Below are positions 47,928 to 56,898 of a DNA stretch of 64,000 nucleotides, in pieces. The stretch is from a virus: positions 21,262-85,261 of the IMG/VR virus record IMGVR_UViG_3300044697_000009; one strand, 5' to 3'. Position numbers and translations under genes: made by a program. The notes under the pieces were generated by a model. It worked only from the letters and a program-made list of their open reading frames with translations, was not told the DNA's origin and did not search any database. Position 1 is the stretch's first letter. Every line of letters starts with the position of its first letter.

Positions 47928-49265
47928 ATGTACAGTCTTAAGACAAGATCTATTACTAAAAAAATAGACAAATCAACGTACTCTAAATACATGAGTGTTA
48001 GGAAACTTCTTAAGGAATATAATAAAACTCATACTAATAATATCGATGAACTAGAGTATGCCCAAAATGAAATGAAGCAGTTTATTAGGAAGTTTCGTAA
48101 AGAATTAAAAGAATGTAAAACTGAATACAAATTCTCGTATGTCGTTAAAAACAGGTCATGGAAATATTTATTTGGCGATAGTATTAGCCATTCATTTGAG
48201 ATCAATACGTTCCATGATTCAAGTATTTTAAAGAACTTTAGACATGAAATGGTTCATAAAAACCTTTTCTTTAGCCAAGAAAAACCTAAAATCGAATGGT
48301 TCAAAGAAATCAACCAAAAAATCCAGGATAATTATCGTAAAAAGAAAATTCAGAAACGAAGTCTCAGGGTGCAATCTAGAACTGGAGTAAATAAAAACGG
48401 CGATCAAGTACAGTATAAAGTCTGTGGTGCCGTGATGTATCAACGTCCAAAACAGTTAAAGAGAGGTGAATCTCCTAAGACTCATGTATCATATGATAAG
48501 GAAATGATTATGAAGTTAATGAAATCTAGAGACAAACAAGTCATATTTGAAGAAAAGAAACCAAAGACTAAAGACAATTACATTGGTATTGAAATCGAAT
48601 TCTTCTGCGATCTCGATCGTGATGATTTAAGTTACCAACTTGCCAACGAAGGTCTTGGTAAATATGTAGCACTTCATACAGATGGCAGTATCCAACAAGA
48701 CGCTGGAACATTTGATCATGAAATCTGTATCCTTGCAAAAGAAAAAGAAATCTTTGGTGTTGTTAAAGACGTATGTAAAGTTCTTCAAGACGCAAATGCG
48801 AGAGTCAACAAATCTTGCGGGCTTCATGTACATTTGGATATGAGAAATCGTGATCACAAAACGGCGTTCTATAACCTAGCTTCAAGTCAAAATGCTTTAT
48901 TCGCAATGAATCCATTCTCAAGACAAGCTGGAACATATTGTAAACGAATTGATACAAAAGACTTCGCAAAAGCTGCGTGTCAAGACCGGTACTTCGGTAT
49001 TAATGCCCAGGCTTATGAAAAACATAAAACAATTGAAATCCGTATTCATTCTGGAACAATTATGGAAGACAAGATTAATAACTGGGTTAAGATTCTTATG
49101 GCGATTGTTAATAAACCCGAGAAAGTTGAAAAATCAGCTTCAACACTATTGGAATTTGTGACTCAATTCGATATCGATAAAAAACTCACGAAATACATCT
49201 ATGAAAGAGTTTCTAAGTTCGCTGGCGAAGATAAACGTGGCGTTGAAGAACGAGGTGTCGCTTAA
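47928..49265 (+). CDS. Amidoligase_2-family COOH-NH2 ligase
   Basis: IGIEIEF, DGSI, HEI, VNKSCGLHVHLD, RY.GIN, TIEIRIHSGT. Confidence 0.85.
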   Translation: MYSLKTRSITKKIDKSTYSKYMSVRKLLKEYNKTHTNNIDELEYAQNEMKQFIRKFRKELKECKTEYKFSYVVKNRSWKYLFGDSISHSFEINTFHDSSILKNFRHEMVHKNLFFSQEKPKIEWFKEINQKIQDNYRKKKIQKRSLRVQSRTGVNKNGDQVQYKVCGAVMYQRPKQLKRGESPKTHVSYDKEMIMKLMKSRDKQVIFEEKKPKTKDNYIGIEIEFFCDLDRDDLSYQLANEGLGKYVALHTDGSIQQDAGTFDHEICILAKEKEIFGVVKDVCKVLQDANARVNKSCGLHVHLDMRNRDHKTAFYNLASSQNALFAMNPFSRQAGTYCKRIDTKDFAKAACQDRYFGINAQAYEKHKTIEIRIHSGTIMEDKINNWVKILMAIVNKPEKVEKSASTLLEFVTQFDIDKKLTKYIYERVSKFAGEDKRGVEERGVA

Positions 49266-49505
49266 ATGTTTAAAGCTGGCGATAAAGTTATGGTAATAAT
49301 CCCCATAGGTCATTTACAACAGAATGATATTAGAACTCTTAGAATCCATCACTATACAAAAAAACTTTATATACCTCACAATGAAGGTACTAAAGAAGGA
49401 TGGTGGGTTGAAGGAAATGAAAAATGTTTAAAATTACTACAAAAGCCCGCACCTAAAACAGAAATAGAAGCTTTAGATCGTTTTCAACAGAATTTTAAAT
49501 ACTAA
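49266..49505 (+). CDS. Family B paralog (B2)
   Basis: MFKAGDKV...TEIEALDRFQQNFKY. Confidence 0.7.
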   Translation: MFKAGDKVMVIIPIGHLQQNDIRTLRIHHYTKKLYIPHNEGTKEGWWVEGNEKCLKLLQKPAPKTEIEALDRFQQNFKY

Positions 49506-49514
49506 GGAGATTAT

Positions 49515-50600
49515 ATGTGTAAAATTTGTATCATCCCTGGAATTACCGACAAGACTACAGAACTCGTTTGGAAATTCATTACAAAAATGTCAAAAGAAAT
49601 GTCTGGATATTCTGAAACCGATGGATTTGGATATGCAGCTTTTGACGGCCAAGGTAATTTGTTTGGTGAACGTTGGCTTAATCCTAAAGAAGCATTCTCA
49701 AACCGTGATGAAAAAAATATCCTCGTACAAGAATTGATTCATAAATACAAAGGATTCTTGAGAGGAAAGCTTCCTATCTACAATAAATTCGGCGAAGGTA
49801 ATATGAATAGTCTTAGGACTGCTATACTTCACGCAAGGAATGCAACAACCGAGAAAGGACTCATCAATGTCCATCCTTTTGTTCATGGAGACTCGGCATT
49901 GATCCATAACGGAATAATCGCAAATCATGAACAACTTCACAAAAAATACTCTACATGTGATAGTGAAGTCATATTGACTGAATACAATAAATTTAACGTA
50001 ACTAACAATATTAAGAACATCAATAACGTTGCATCAAAACTTGATGGATATTATGCATGTAGTGTATTATCTAAAACTGATGACAATAAGTACATAGTCG
50101 ATGTATTTAAAGAAGATTCGGCAAGACTTAAAGGTTATTTCATCAAGGAATTTAATACTGTTGTATTCGCTACTCCCGGTGCAAATGATACCTACGGTCC
50201 GATTCAATCCGTATGTCGAGACTTAAACCTAACTATTGTGGACGAATTTGATCTTGAAGACTCAAGTCTCCTTCGAATGGATGCAATGACCGGCGAAGTC
50301 TTAGATATGTGCAAGTTCAATTCTAAATTCAAGAAAGGTAAACGAGAAGTCACTGTTATTGATAAATGGACTCAAGAATTCGGTAACCATAACCGTGGCG
50401 GCGGCAGTCAACGAAGTTTCTCTGAAAAACAAAAAGATGAAGAACTTGAACGTCAGTTACTTGAGAATCTTTCATTTATGAACTACGAAGACGATACAAA
50501 AGAATTCACGGTATTGAATCAAGAAACGAAGTTCAATGAAGCCGGAGACTGGGAACAATCTGAGAATGGTGTCTGGAGAAAGAAAACGGCGGCACAATGA
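49515..50600 (+). CDS. Class II (Ntn) glutamine amidotransferase
   Basis: Cys2 (MCKI), DGFG, HARNAT, NVHPF, HNGII, DSE. Confidence 0.9.
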   Translation: MCKICIIPGITDKTTELVWKFITKMSKEMSGYSETDGFGYAAFDGQGNLFGERWLNPKEAFSNRDEKNILVQELIHKYKGFLRGKLPIYNKFGEGNMNSLRTAILHARNATTEKGLINVHPFVHGDSALIHNGIIANHEQLHKKYSTCDSEVILTEYNKFNVTNNIKNINNVASKLDGYYACSVLSKTDDNKYIVDVFKEDSARLKGYFIKEFNTVVFATPGANDTYGPIQSVCRDLNLTIVDEFDLEDSSLLRMDAMTGEVLDMCKFNSKFKKGKREVTVIDKWTQEFGNHNRGGGSQRSFSEKQKDEELERQLLENLSFMNYEDDTKEFTVLNQETKFNEAGDWEQSENGVWRKKTAAQ

Positions 50601-50839
50601 CTAGAAAGTTCAAACCTGGAGACAAAGTTCTAAGAACTATTGATTCTGGAGCCTATGGAATCACAGTCCCAGGGCAAATCTATACAGTGAAAAGAACGAA
50701 AGACAACGGACATATAGCATTAGTCGAATGCCCAGATGGATTTGGATATTCAATGAAATCGTTTACTTTAGTAAGTACTGCTCCATTAACGGAATTTGAA
50801 TGGTTAGATAGAGTACAGGAGAATTTTAAAGATGTATGA
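50597..50839 (+). CDS. Family B paralog (B3)
   Basis: KFKPGDKV...TEFEWLDRVQENFKDV. Confidence 0.7.
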   Translation: MTRKFKPGDKVLRTIDSGAYGITVPGQIYTVKRTKDNGHIALVECPDGFGYSMKSFTLVSTAPLTEFEWLDRVQENFKDV

Positions 50840-51062
50840 CACTGATTTTGATTATACTGTATCAGATAAAAAAACATATCATGTCTATGCTAGTTGCAAT
50901 AATATCGTAACAAGACAGTGTTTTGGATTAACTCTAAAGTTTACAGATCATGAAGGAAGTATCATAAAGCTCGACTATGATCCAGATATGTTTAAAGATG
51001 TGACTAAACAAGCAGTTGAAAGATTATTGTATACATATTATAATTGGGGAATTTCCCTTTAA
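50832..51062 (+). CDS. Hypothetical protein
   Basis: Packed ORF, 76 aa. Confidence 0.5.
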   Translation: MYDTDFDYTVSDKKTYHVYASCNNIVTRQCFGLTLKFTDHEGSIIKLDYDPDMFKDVTKQAVERLLYTYYNWGISL

Positions 51063-51071
51063 GGAGTCAAA

Positions 51072-51818
51072 ATGAAAATCATGCCTTACAAACGTTTTAG
51101 TAAATCTTGTAGGACTTTACGCCAAGCATTCGGCATGCGAAGTCTTCGGGTTGTTCATCCAGATTTAACACCTCGTGGTAGAGAAACTGTTATCAACTGG
51201 GGTTCAGCTAAATCAAAACCTATGGCTGTGTGCAAATTCTTAAACCCTCCTGATAAAGTAGCTGTGGCGGTTAATAAACTTGAGACATTCAAGATTCTTA
51301 AAGATGCTGGTGTCAATGTTCCTGAATTCTCAAAATCAGTAGAAGACGCTAAGACTTGGATTGAAAAAGGATACAAAGTCCTGGTTCGAAGTCTTTTAAG
51401 AAGTCATAGTGGTCAAGGAATAAAAGTAATTGATACAGTTGAAGACCTACCGTTGTATGCACCTTTGTATGTTCGTTACTATAGAAAAAAACATGAATTC
51501 CGGGTCCATGTCGTAAACGGTGAAGTCGTTGATTATATCGAGAAAAAAGCTAGACAAAATAAACCAATGAATTTTAATCCTTATATCAGAAGCTACGATA
51601 ACGGATGGGTTTTTTGTCGAGACGGCATTACTCATATCCAAGAAGTCAAAGACGAAGCGATAAAAGCTGTCAAAGCCTTAGGTCTTGATTTCGGTGCAGT
51701 TGATGTAATCTTTACTAAGAAAGATAAACCAGTAGTTCTTGAAGTCAATACGGCTCCAGCTATGAGTGGAACTACTATCAATGCATACGTCTCAGCCTTT
51801 GAACAGTACATGTACTAA
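51072..51818 (+). CDS. ATP-grasp peptide ligase (RimK/phiEco32-like)
   Basis: INWG, NKLET, HSGQGI, EFRVHV, LGLDFGAVDV, LEVNTAP. Confidence 0.9.
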   Translation: MKIMPYKRFSKSCRTLRQAFGMRSLRVVHPDLTPRGRETVINWGSAKSKPMAVCKFLNPPDKVAVAVNKLETFKILKDAGVNVPEFSKSVEDAKTWIEKGYKVLVRSLLRSHSGQGIKVIDTVEDLPLYAPLYVRYYRKKHEFRVHVVNGEVVDYIEKKARQNKPMNFNPYIRSYDNGWVFCRDGITHIQEVKDEAIKAVKALGLDFGAVDVIFTKKDKPVVLEVNTAPAMSGTTINAYVSAFEQYMY

Positions 51819-51827
51819 GGAGATTAT

Positions 51828-52358
51828 GTGTTTAAAATCGGACAACGAGTAAAAATAACTAATACAAACGACATCATAGCCGGCGATTATCATTTTGTAA
51901 ATAATGAAGTCTTAACTATTAACGCGACAAGTACTCATGATGGTCGTGTATATTATTGGCTTGGTAGACAAGGTGAAAATCGAATAGCTATCTACGAAAC
52001 TGGTATTCGTAAATTATTCAAGAAACGTCCTAAAGACATTGTCAATTCCGAATGGACTTTAAAAGATGAAATCCAAGTCCTTGATAGAATAAGAAAGAAC
52101 TTCCAATCTGATGATGATTACTATGACTATGATGATCCTGTTGAAAGAATTAGACCTATTACACCGGAAAATTTGACTGAACCAATGGATGTTAGAGTTA
52201 CTACTGCTCAAACTCTTCAAGGAATGCAGCAAAACCTACAACAACAAATGGGATTGATACAGCCTAATATTCAAGGTGTAGTACTTCAAAATCAAATCCA
52301 AGATTTTCAACAGCAATGGACAGGAGATAATGTTACACAGAATCCTTTTAGGAGATAA
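51828..52358 (+). CDS. Family B paralog (B4) with a Q-rich extension
   Basis: FKIGQRVKI...DEIQVLDRIRKNFQ followed by an acidic/Q-rich tail. Confidence 0.65.
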   Translation: MFKIGQRVKITNTNDIIAGDYHFVNNEVLTINATSTHDGRVYYWLGRQGENRIAIYETGIRKLFKKRPKDIVNSEWTLKDEIQVLDRIRKNFQSDDDYYDYDDPVERIRPITPENLTEPMDVRVTTAQTLQGMQQNLQQQMGLIQPNIQGVVLQNQIQDFQQQWTGDNVTQNPFRR

Positions 52359-52359
52359 A

Positions 52360-52584
52360 ATGGAAACTGAAGAAAGAAAACTTGAGAAAAAAGAGATAGT
52401 AACACTAATGCTTAAGAAAGTCGAAGAAATAGTCCATGCAGGTATTGATTCAACTGATACAGAAGGATATAGTCCATTAGATCTTATTGTATTGACAATT
52501 AACCATGTTATGATCCTGGCTGAGACACAACGTAAAGCCGAAGCTGAATTTGATTCAGATGATGATTCAGGAACCTTACAATGA
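52360..52584 (+). CDS. Acidic hypothetical protein
   Basis: AGGAG SD. Confidence 0.6.
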   Translation: METEERKLEKKEIVTLMLKKVEEIVHAGIDSTDTEGYSPLDLIVLTINHVMILAETQRKAEAEFDSDDDSGTLQ

Positions 52585-52829
52585 ACTTACGACATAAATT
52601 CATTAGACATAATAGGAATATGGACATATGTTATTTAGTTAACAAAGTATTTGATACAGGAAAGAAGCTTAAACTAAGTCTCATCGCATTTAATATGGGG
52701 TATACAGAAACATATCGCTTGAACATACAGTTCAAAGCTGTTATATTCAAAGAAGAATTAAAGAACTGGCAACTATGCCTAGATAGTAATGCTAAATGCT
52801 TAAGATATTCTGAATGGAAACAAATATGA
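52581..52829 (+). CDS. Hypothetical protein
   Basis: ATGA-coupled ORF. Confidence 0.55.
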   Translation: MNLRHKFIRHNRNMDICYLVNKVFDTGKKLKLSLIAFNMGYTETYRLNIQFKAVIFKEELKNWQLCLDSNAKCLRYSEWKQI

Positions 52830-53074
52830 CTCGTTTAAGATTTAAGAAAACACACCAAGGATACGCAACAAATGAGTTATTCATTAAGAAAGACTTGTAT
52901 TATGGCTACATAGCTATAGATAAAAAATACTATTACTGGAATGTATATAACTCTGAGAATAGAAAGATTTATTGGGGACGAACACTTACACTAAAAGCCG
53001 CTAAAACATGTCTTAAAGACGCTTTTAGAGCGTTAGGAGCTACGTTTTATGACGAAGTCAGACAAAAAGATTAA
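52826..53074 (+). CDS. Hypothetical protein
   Basis: ATGA-coupled ORF. Confidence 0.55.
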   Translation: MTRLRFKKTHQGYATNELFIKKDLYYGYIAIDKKYYYWNVYNSENRKIYWGRTLTLKAAKTCLKDAFRALGATFYDEVRQKD

Positions 53075-53357
53075 GAAACTAAAACTCAAAGAGATCCTGT
53101 ATTGTATATACTGCGGAAAGAAGTCAGCATTCAAAGTCTGTAACGAATGTTATTTAATCGAATTATAAGGAGAATATATGGAAATCCTGCAACTCAATAC
53201 CCCAATTAAAGTCTTGATTAAAGATAAAGAACCTGCCGAGGCTATTGCTATCTGGGATTACGGTCGTGACGAAGACATTCAATTCCTTTGTTTCAAAGAA
53301 AAAGATGGACAAAGTATATTTGTTAACGGAACTGATATACGTCGAAGAAAATAATAC

Positions 53358-53386
53358 TTGACTTTTTATGAAAAATGTGATATAGT
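53358..53386 (+). promoter_or_regulatory. Sigma70-type promoter
   Basis: TTGACT-17-TATAGT with TG extension, near-identical to the promoters at 12738 and 59365. Confidence 0.8.
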
Positions 53387-53501
53387 ATTACAGTTACATT
53401 ACGACAGCCGATAAGGCTGTATAGCAATGTGAAATTAACTACTAAGAAATAACAACACAGCACGATTAACAAAATTAACACTAAGTAGCGAATTGTGAGA
53501 G

Positions 53502-53825
53502 GTGTATTTAATGCTTAAATCAAAAAAAGTAATTCCTTCAGAAACTACTGATAAGATTAAAGAATATTTAGTACATAACTTAGAATCTATTACTAAAGAC
53601 TTCAATAAGTTTGATGAATTATATAACGCAATAAAAGAAATTACACCTAAGGAACTTCAGAACGACTTGCAACAACAAAGAACCCAAGAACTCTTGTATT
53701 TCATGTGTCATAAAGTATCTGATGCAATAGGTGTCGATACCGAATCAGTTATTAATGTAGTTGAATCTAGACTTCCAGAAATAATGGAGATGTATAACAA
53801 ACAAAAAGGAGAAACAAATGCTTAA
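53502..53825 (+). CDS. Hypothetical protein
   Basis: Helical ORF downstream of the promoter; start may be a few codons later. Confidence 0.6.
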   Translation: MYLMLKSKKVIPSETTDKIKEYLVHNLESITKDFNKFDELYNAIKEITPKELQNDLQQQRTQELLYFMCHKVSDAIGVDTESVINVVESRLPEIMEMYNKQKGETNA

Positions 53826-54039
53826 ATTCCTCATCGGTAATCTTCTCATCACGGGCGTAACTGCTGGATTGCTTGGATTTGTCCTTAGTATCTACAATGT
53901 AGGTGTTTTGGGTGGATTCTTGACGTCTGTTGTTGCAGTACTTGGTATTACGTACTTCTATACCATTCCACAATGGACTTTGATGAAGTATTTGAAATCA
54001 ACTTCCTGTTCTATGAACAGTAGTAGTAAGGTTTCATAA
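53818..54039 (+). CDS. Two-TM membrane protein
   Basis: Two hydrophobic segments; AGGAG SD. Confidence 0.6.
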   Translation: MLKFLIGNLLITGVTAGLLGFVLSIYNVGVLGGFLTSVVAVLGITYFYTIPQWTLMKYLKSTSCSMNSSSKVS

Positions 54040-54270
54040 TGTTAGTAATTCTAGTACTTGGCATATTTCTTGCAACCATAGTTAATTTCATGTATTATGA
54101 ATACAGAGTGGTAAAAGGTTTGAAATCTGAACCTAGTTACATCACATCGAAATATACTAACTATTTGTTATACAAGAAATATTCTAAGAAGACATCAGCT
54201 CGATCTGTCATGCTTAATTCCGAGGAATAGCATATAGCATAGGTGAAAGTCCTGTCATGTCGAATTAATA

Positions 54271-54350
54271 GAGGCTGTAGTTTAATGGTAAAACAATCAG
54301 GCGGAGAGTAATCCCTGAATAAGTTCTACGTTCGAGTCGTAGCGGCCTCA
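54271..54350 (+). tRNA. tRNA-like element with an aberrant extended anticodon arm (identity undetermined)
   Basis: Acceptor GAGGCTG/CGGCCTC, D arm GTTT-AATGGTA-AAAC and T arm CTACG-TTCGAGT-CGTAG are canonical. The anticodon arm TCAGG-12 nt-CCTGA is not. Confidence 0.65.
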
Positions 54351-54379
54351 CTCCAAAAGGTGTATATGGATAATAAATT

Positions 54380-54850
54380 ATGGAATTGACAATTGATGAA
54401 CATAAAGTTATCATAGATGATGAAGATTATGAGAAAATATCAAAATTTAAATGGTATATTTTAATCACTGTAGATGGAAATAAATATGTTTCAAAAACAG
54501 CTAAATCGGACATAAAATTTATACATCATTTGGTTTTTGGTAAACCTGAAAATGGTAAATGTATTGACCACATAAATGGAAATGGTTTGGATAATAGAAA
54601 ATCCAATTTAAGAATATGCACAAATCAAATGAATCAAGGAAATCAAAAGATAAAGAAAAGCAATACATCTGGTTACAAAGGTGTCGGTTGGGTTAAGGAT
54701 AGAAAAAAATGGAGAGCATACATTTGCTTTGGAAGAAAATATAAACATTTAGGTTCCTTCGAATCGAAGGAAGAAGCGGCCAGAAAGTATGATGAATATG
54801 CAAAACTCGTTTTTGGTGAATTTGCCAGAACAAACTTTAAAGCAGATTAA
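54380..54850 (+). mobile_element. Free-standing HNH-AP2 homing endonuclease
   Basis: IDHINGNGLDNRKSNLR (HNH) followed by SGYKGV...WRAYI...LGSF...AARKYD...GEFARTNF (AP2). Confidence 0.9.
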
Positions 54851-55436
54851 AGATTTAAGATATAACGGAAAAATTATTTTTCCTGAAGAAAAGTTGATGT
54901 TTAAGGCATTGGAATTAACACCAATTGAAAAGGTTAAAGTTGTAATATTGGCCCAGGATTGTTATCATGGAGAAAGACAAGCAAATGGGTTAGCTTTCTC
55001 GGTAAATAGAGGTGAGAAAATACCACCGTCACTACAGAACATTTTCCTTGAACTTTGTACAGATCTTGATATTCCAGTACCTAGTCATGGAGATTTAACT
55101 AAGTGGGCGGAACAAGGTGTATTACTTCTGAATTCTGTATTAACTGTTGAGAAAGGTAAACCTGGTAGTCATTTTGGTATTGGCTGGGAGGATTATACAA
55201 ATAATATTATTAAAAAAGTGAATCAAAAACAAACGCCTGTAGTATTTATGTTGTGGGGAAAGAAAGCACAAGAAAAATCATATCTTATAGATAATAGTAT
55301 CCATCTTGTACTAACTGCAAGTCATCCTTCACCTCTGTCCGCTTATCGTGGATTTTTAGGATGCGGTTGTTTTAGTGAATGTAACAAGTTCTTAGAATCT
55401 AGATCTATTTCAGGAATTGACTGGAGACTTGAATAA
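54789..55436 (+). CDS. ung: Uracil-DNA glycosylase, family 1
   Basis: VKVVILAQDCYH (variant of GQDPYH), GLAFSV, PPSL.NI, WA.QGVLLLN, HPSPLS. Confidence 0.9.
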   Translation: MMNMQNSFLVNLPEQTLKQIKDLRYNGKIIFPEEKLMFKALELTPIEKVKVVILAQDCYHGERQANGLAFSVNRGEKIPPSLQNIFLELCTDLDIPVPSHGDLTKWAEQGVLLLNSVLTVEKGKPGSHFGIGWEDYTNNIIKKVNQKQTPVVFMLWGKKAQEKSYLIDNSIHLVLTASHPSPLSAYRGFLGCGCFSECNKFLESRSISGIDWRLE

Positions 55437-55870
55437 TGCGTGTCGGTGATGTAGTAACTCCATACAAGAAAATGTATGATAAGTTTAAACCTAGACGTTT
55501 AGAATATGGAAAGAAATATATTGTAACTGAATTTGCTAGAACTGAAATCGAAGATAGGAAATACGGACTTCAAGGAGTTCGACTTAGATATTTAAATGGA
55601 CAACCAGTAGGTGAATATTATGTAAATAATAAAAACGTAGGATATCCATATCCCATGACAATGTTCTATATAGTGGAACAACGAGGTAAACCAGTATCTG
55701 AAATCGAGTACTTAGACCGTATACAAAAGAACTTTAAAGATGATGAAGTTAAACCTAGGTATTCAGTAGCTCAAATAAGAAATCTTATGGATACAATAAA
55801 TAATACGAATGTTGATGAAGTTATTAATATTGATGAAGTTATTGAAGAAATCATGGGTACGGAAGAATAA
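55436..55870 (+). CDS. Family B paralog (B5) with an acidic extension
   Basis: MRVGDVV...SEIEYLDRIQKNFKDD. Confidence 0.65.
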   Translation: MRVGDVVTPYKKMYDKFKPRRLEYGKKYIVTEFARTEIEDRKYGLQGVRLRYLNGQPVGEYYVNNKNVGYPYPMTMFYIVEQRGKPVSEIEYLDRIQKNFKDDEVKPRYSVAQIRNLMDTINNTNVDEVINIDEVIEEIMGTEE

Positions 55871-56163
55871 TGAGTCTTGATAGACTGAGTTACGAAATTG
55901 AAGAATATCTTAAATTCAGTTGTAAAGATCGAGGTATAGAAGTAGAACTATACCATAGTCCTAATACTCCGAATTATATCATGTATTTTCGAAAATCATC
56001 TTGGAGTAAATCTGTAAAATTTGAAATTCCATTACATATAATGTCTAATATAATACTGAGCGGCTATTATTCTAAATCATTATATGAAGTCCACAAATTA
56101 ATAGAATATAGATTGTCTTTAGATGGTTGTATTGACGCTATTAAAACGGCATTAAATAAATGA
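55870..56163 (+). CDS. Hypothetical protein
   Basis: TAATG-coupled ORF. Confidence 0.5.
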   Translation: MSLDRLSYEIEEYLKFSCKDRGIEVELYHSPNTPNYIMYFRKSSWSKSVKFEIPLHIMSNIILSGYYSKSLYEVHKLIEYRLSLDGCIDAIKTALNK

Positions 56164-56483
56164 ATAATCTATTTACATCGTTATGCATGTTCTTATCTCT
56201 CCATAATCCAGGATGTAACGCATTCCTAGATGCCAGTATGCAGAAAGTTGAAGTCGAGCAGAACGTAAACAAGGCTCAGGTCATTATTTTAGATCAAACA
56301 TACAAAACAGTAGGCAAGACTAATGTTATTGCAATAGCGGCGATATACGGCGGTATAGATGCATATAATAAGAAGGATCTGAAGATTAGTACACCTATTA
56401 AGATCTTGTATATAGAGAATCTGACAGTTGAGGTGTCTCCTAATCAGGTAAAGAGTTTAGTTAATTGGAAAATACAGTTTTGA
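56160..56483 (+). CDS. Hypothetical protein (possibly exported)
   Basis: ATGA-coupled, hydrophobic N-terminus. Confidence 0.5.
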   Translation: MNNLFTSLCMFLSLHNPGCNAFLDASMQKVEVEQNVNKAQVIILDQTYKTVGKTNVIAIAAIYGGIDAYNKKDLKISTPIKILYIENLTVEVSPNQVKSLVNWKIQF

Positions 56484-56637
56484 GGTATAATATGAAGATG
56501 ACATTTTATGCTATATGTGATAAACATGGAAGAACGTATTGGACAGATTCTAAACGGTCTGGATGTGAATCGTTGTTAAAAGAAATGAAGAAAATAAATA
56601 AAAAGATAAAGATTGTGAAGTTTAAAGGAGTCTATAG

Positions 56638-56898
56638 ATGAAGGCGTTTATTCTACGAGATCGTACCGGCAAGTTATGGGGTATTAACTCTTCGTATAAC
56701 AATGCGGTGTTATTTCTAGATGCTGGTTCTGGTATGCAAGCATGGCAGAATCTCGGTAGTAGTGCAAATCCGTATGAACTTGTTGAAGTCGATATTACTG
56801 ATTCTGTTAAGTTAATTAAAGTATTTGATGACGATAAAACTATGAAATTGGAGACAAAAGATGGGACGATTGTACCACAAGAAAATAAACCTTCTTGA
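56638..56898 (+). CDS. Hypothetical protein
   Basis: AAGGAG SD. Confidence 0.6.
   Translation: MKAFILRDRTGKLWGINSSYNNAVLFLDAGSGMQAWQNLGSSANPYELVEVDITDSVKLIKVFDDDKTMKLETKDGTIVPQENKPS

Noticed and set aside
54380-54850. Group I intron in ung
   Set aside because: No room or sequence for P3-P7 core elements around the HNH ORF.
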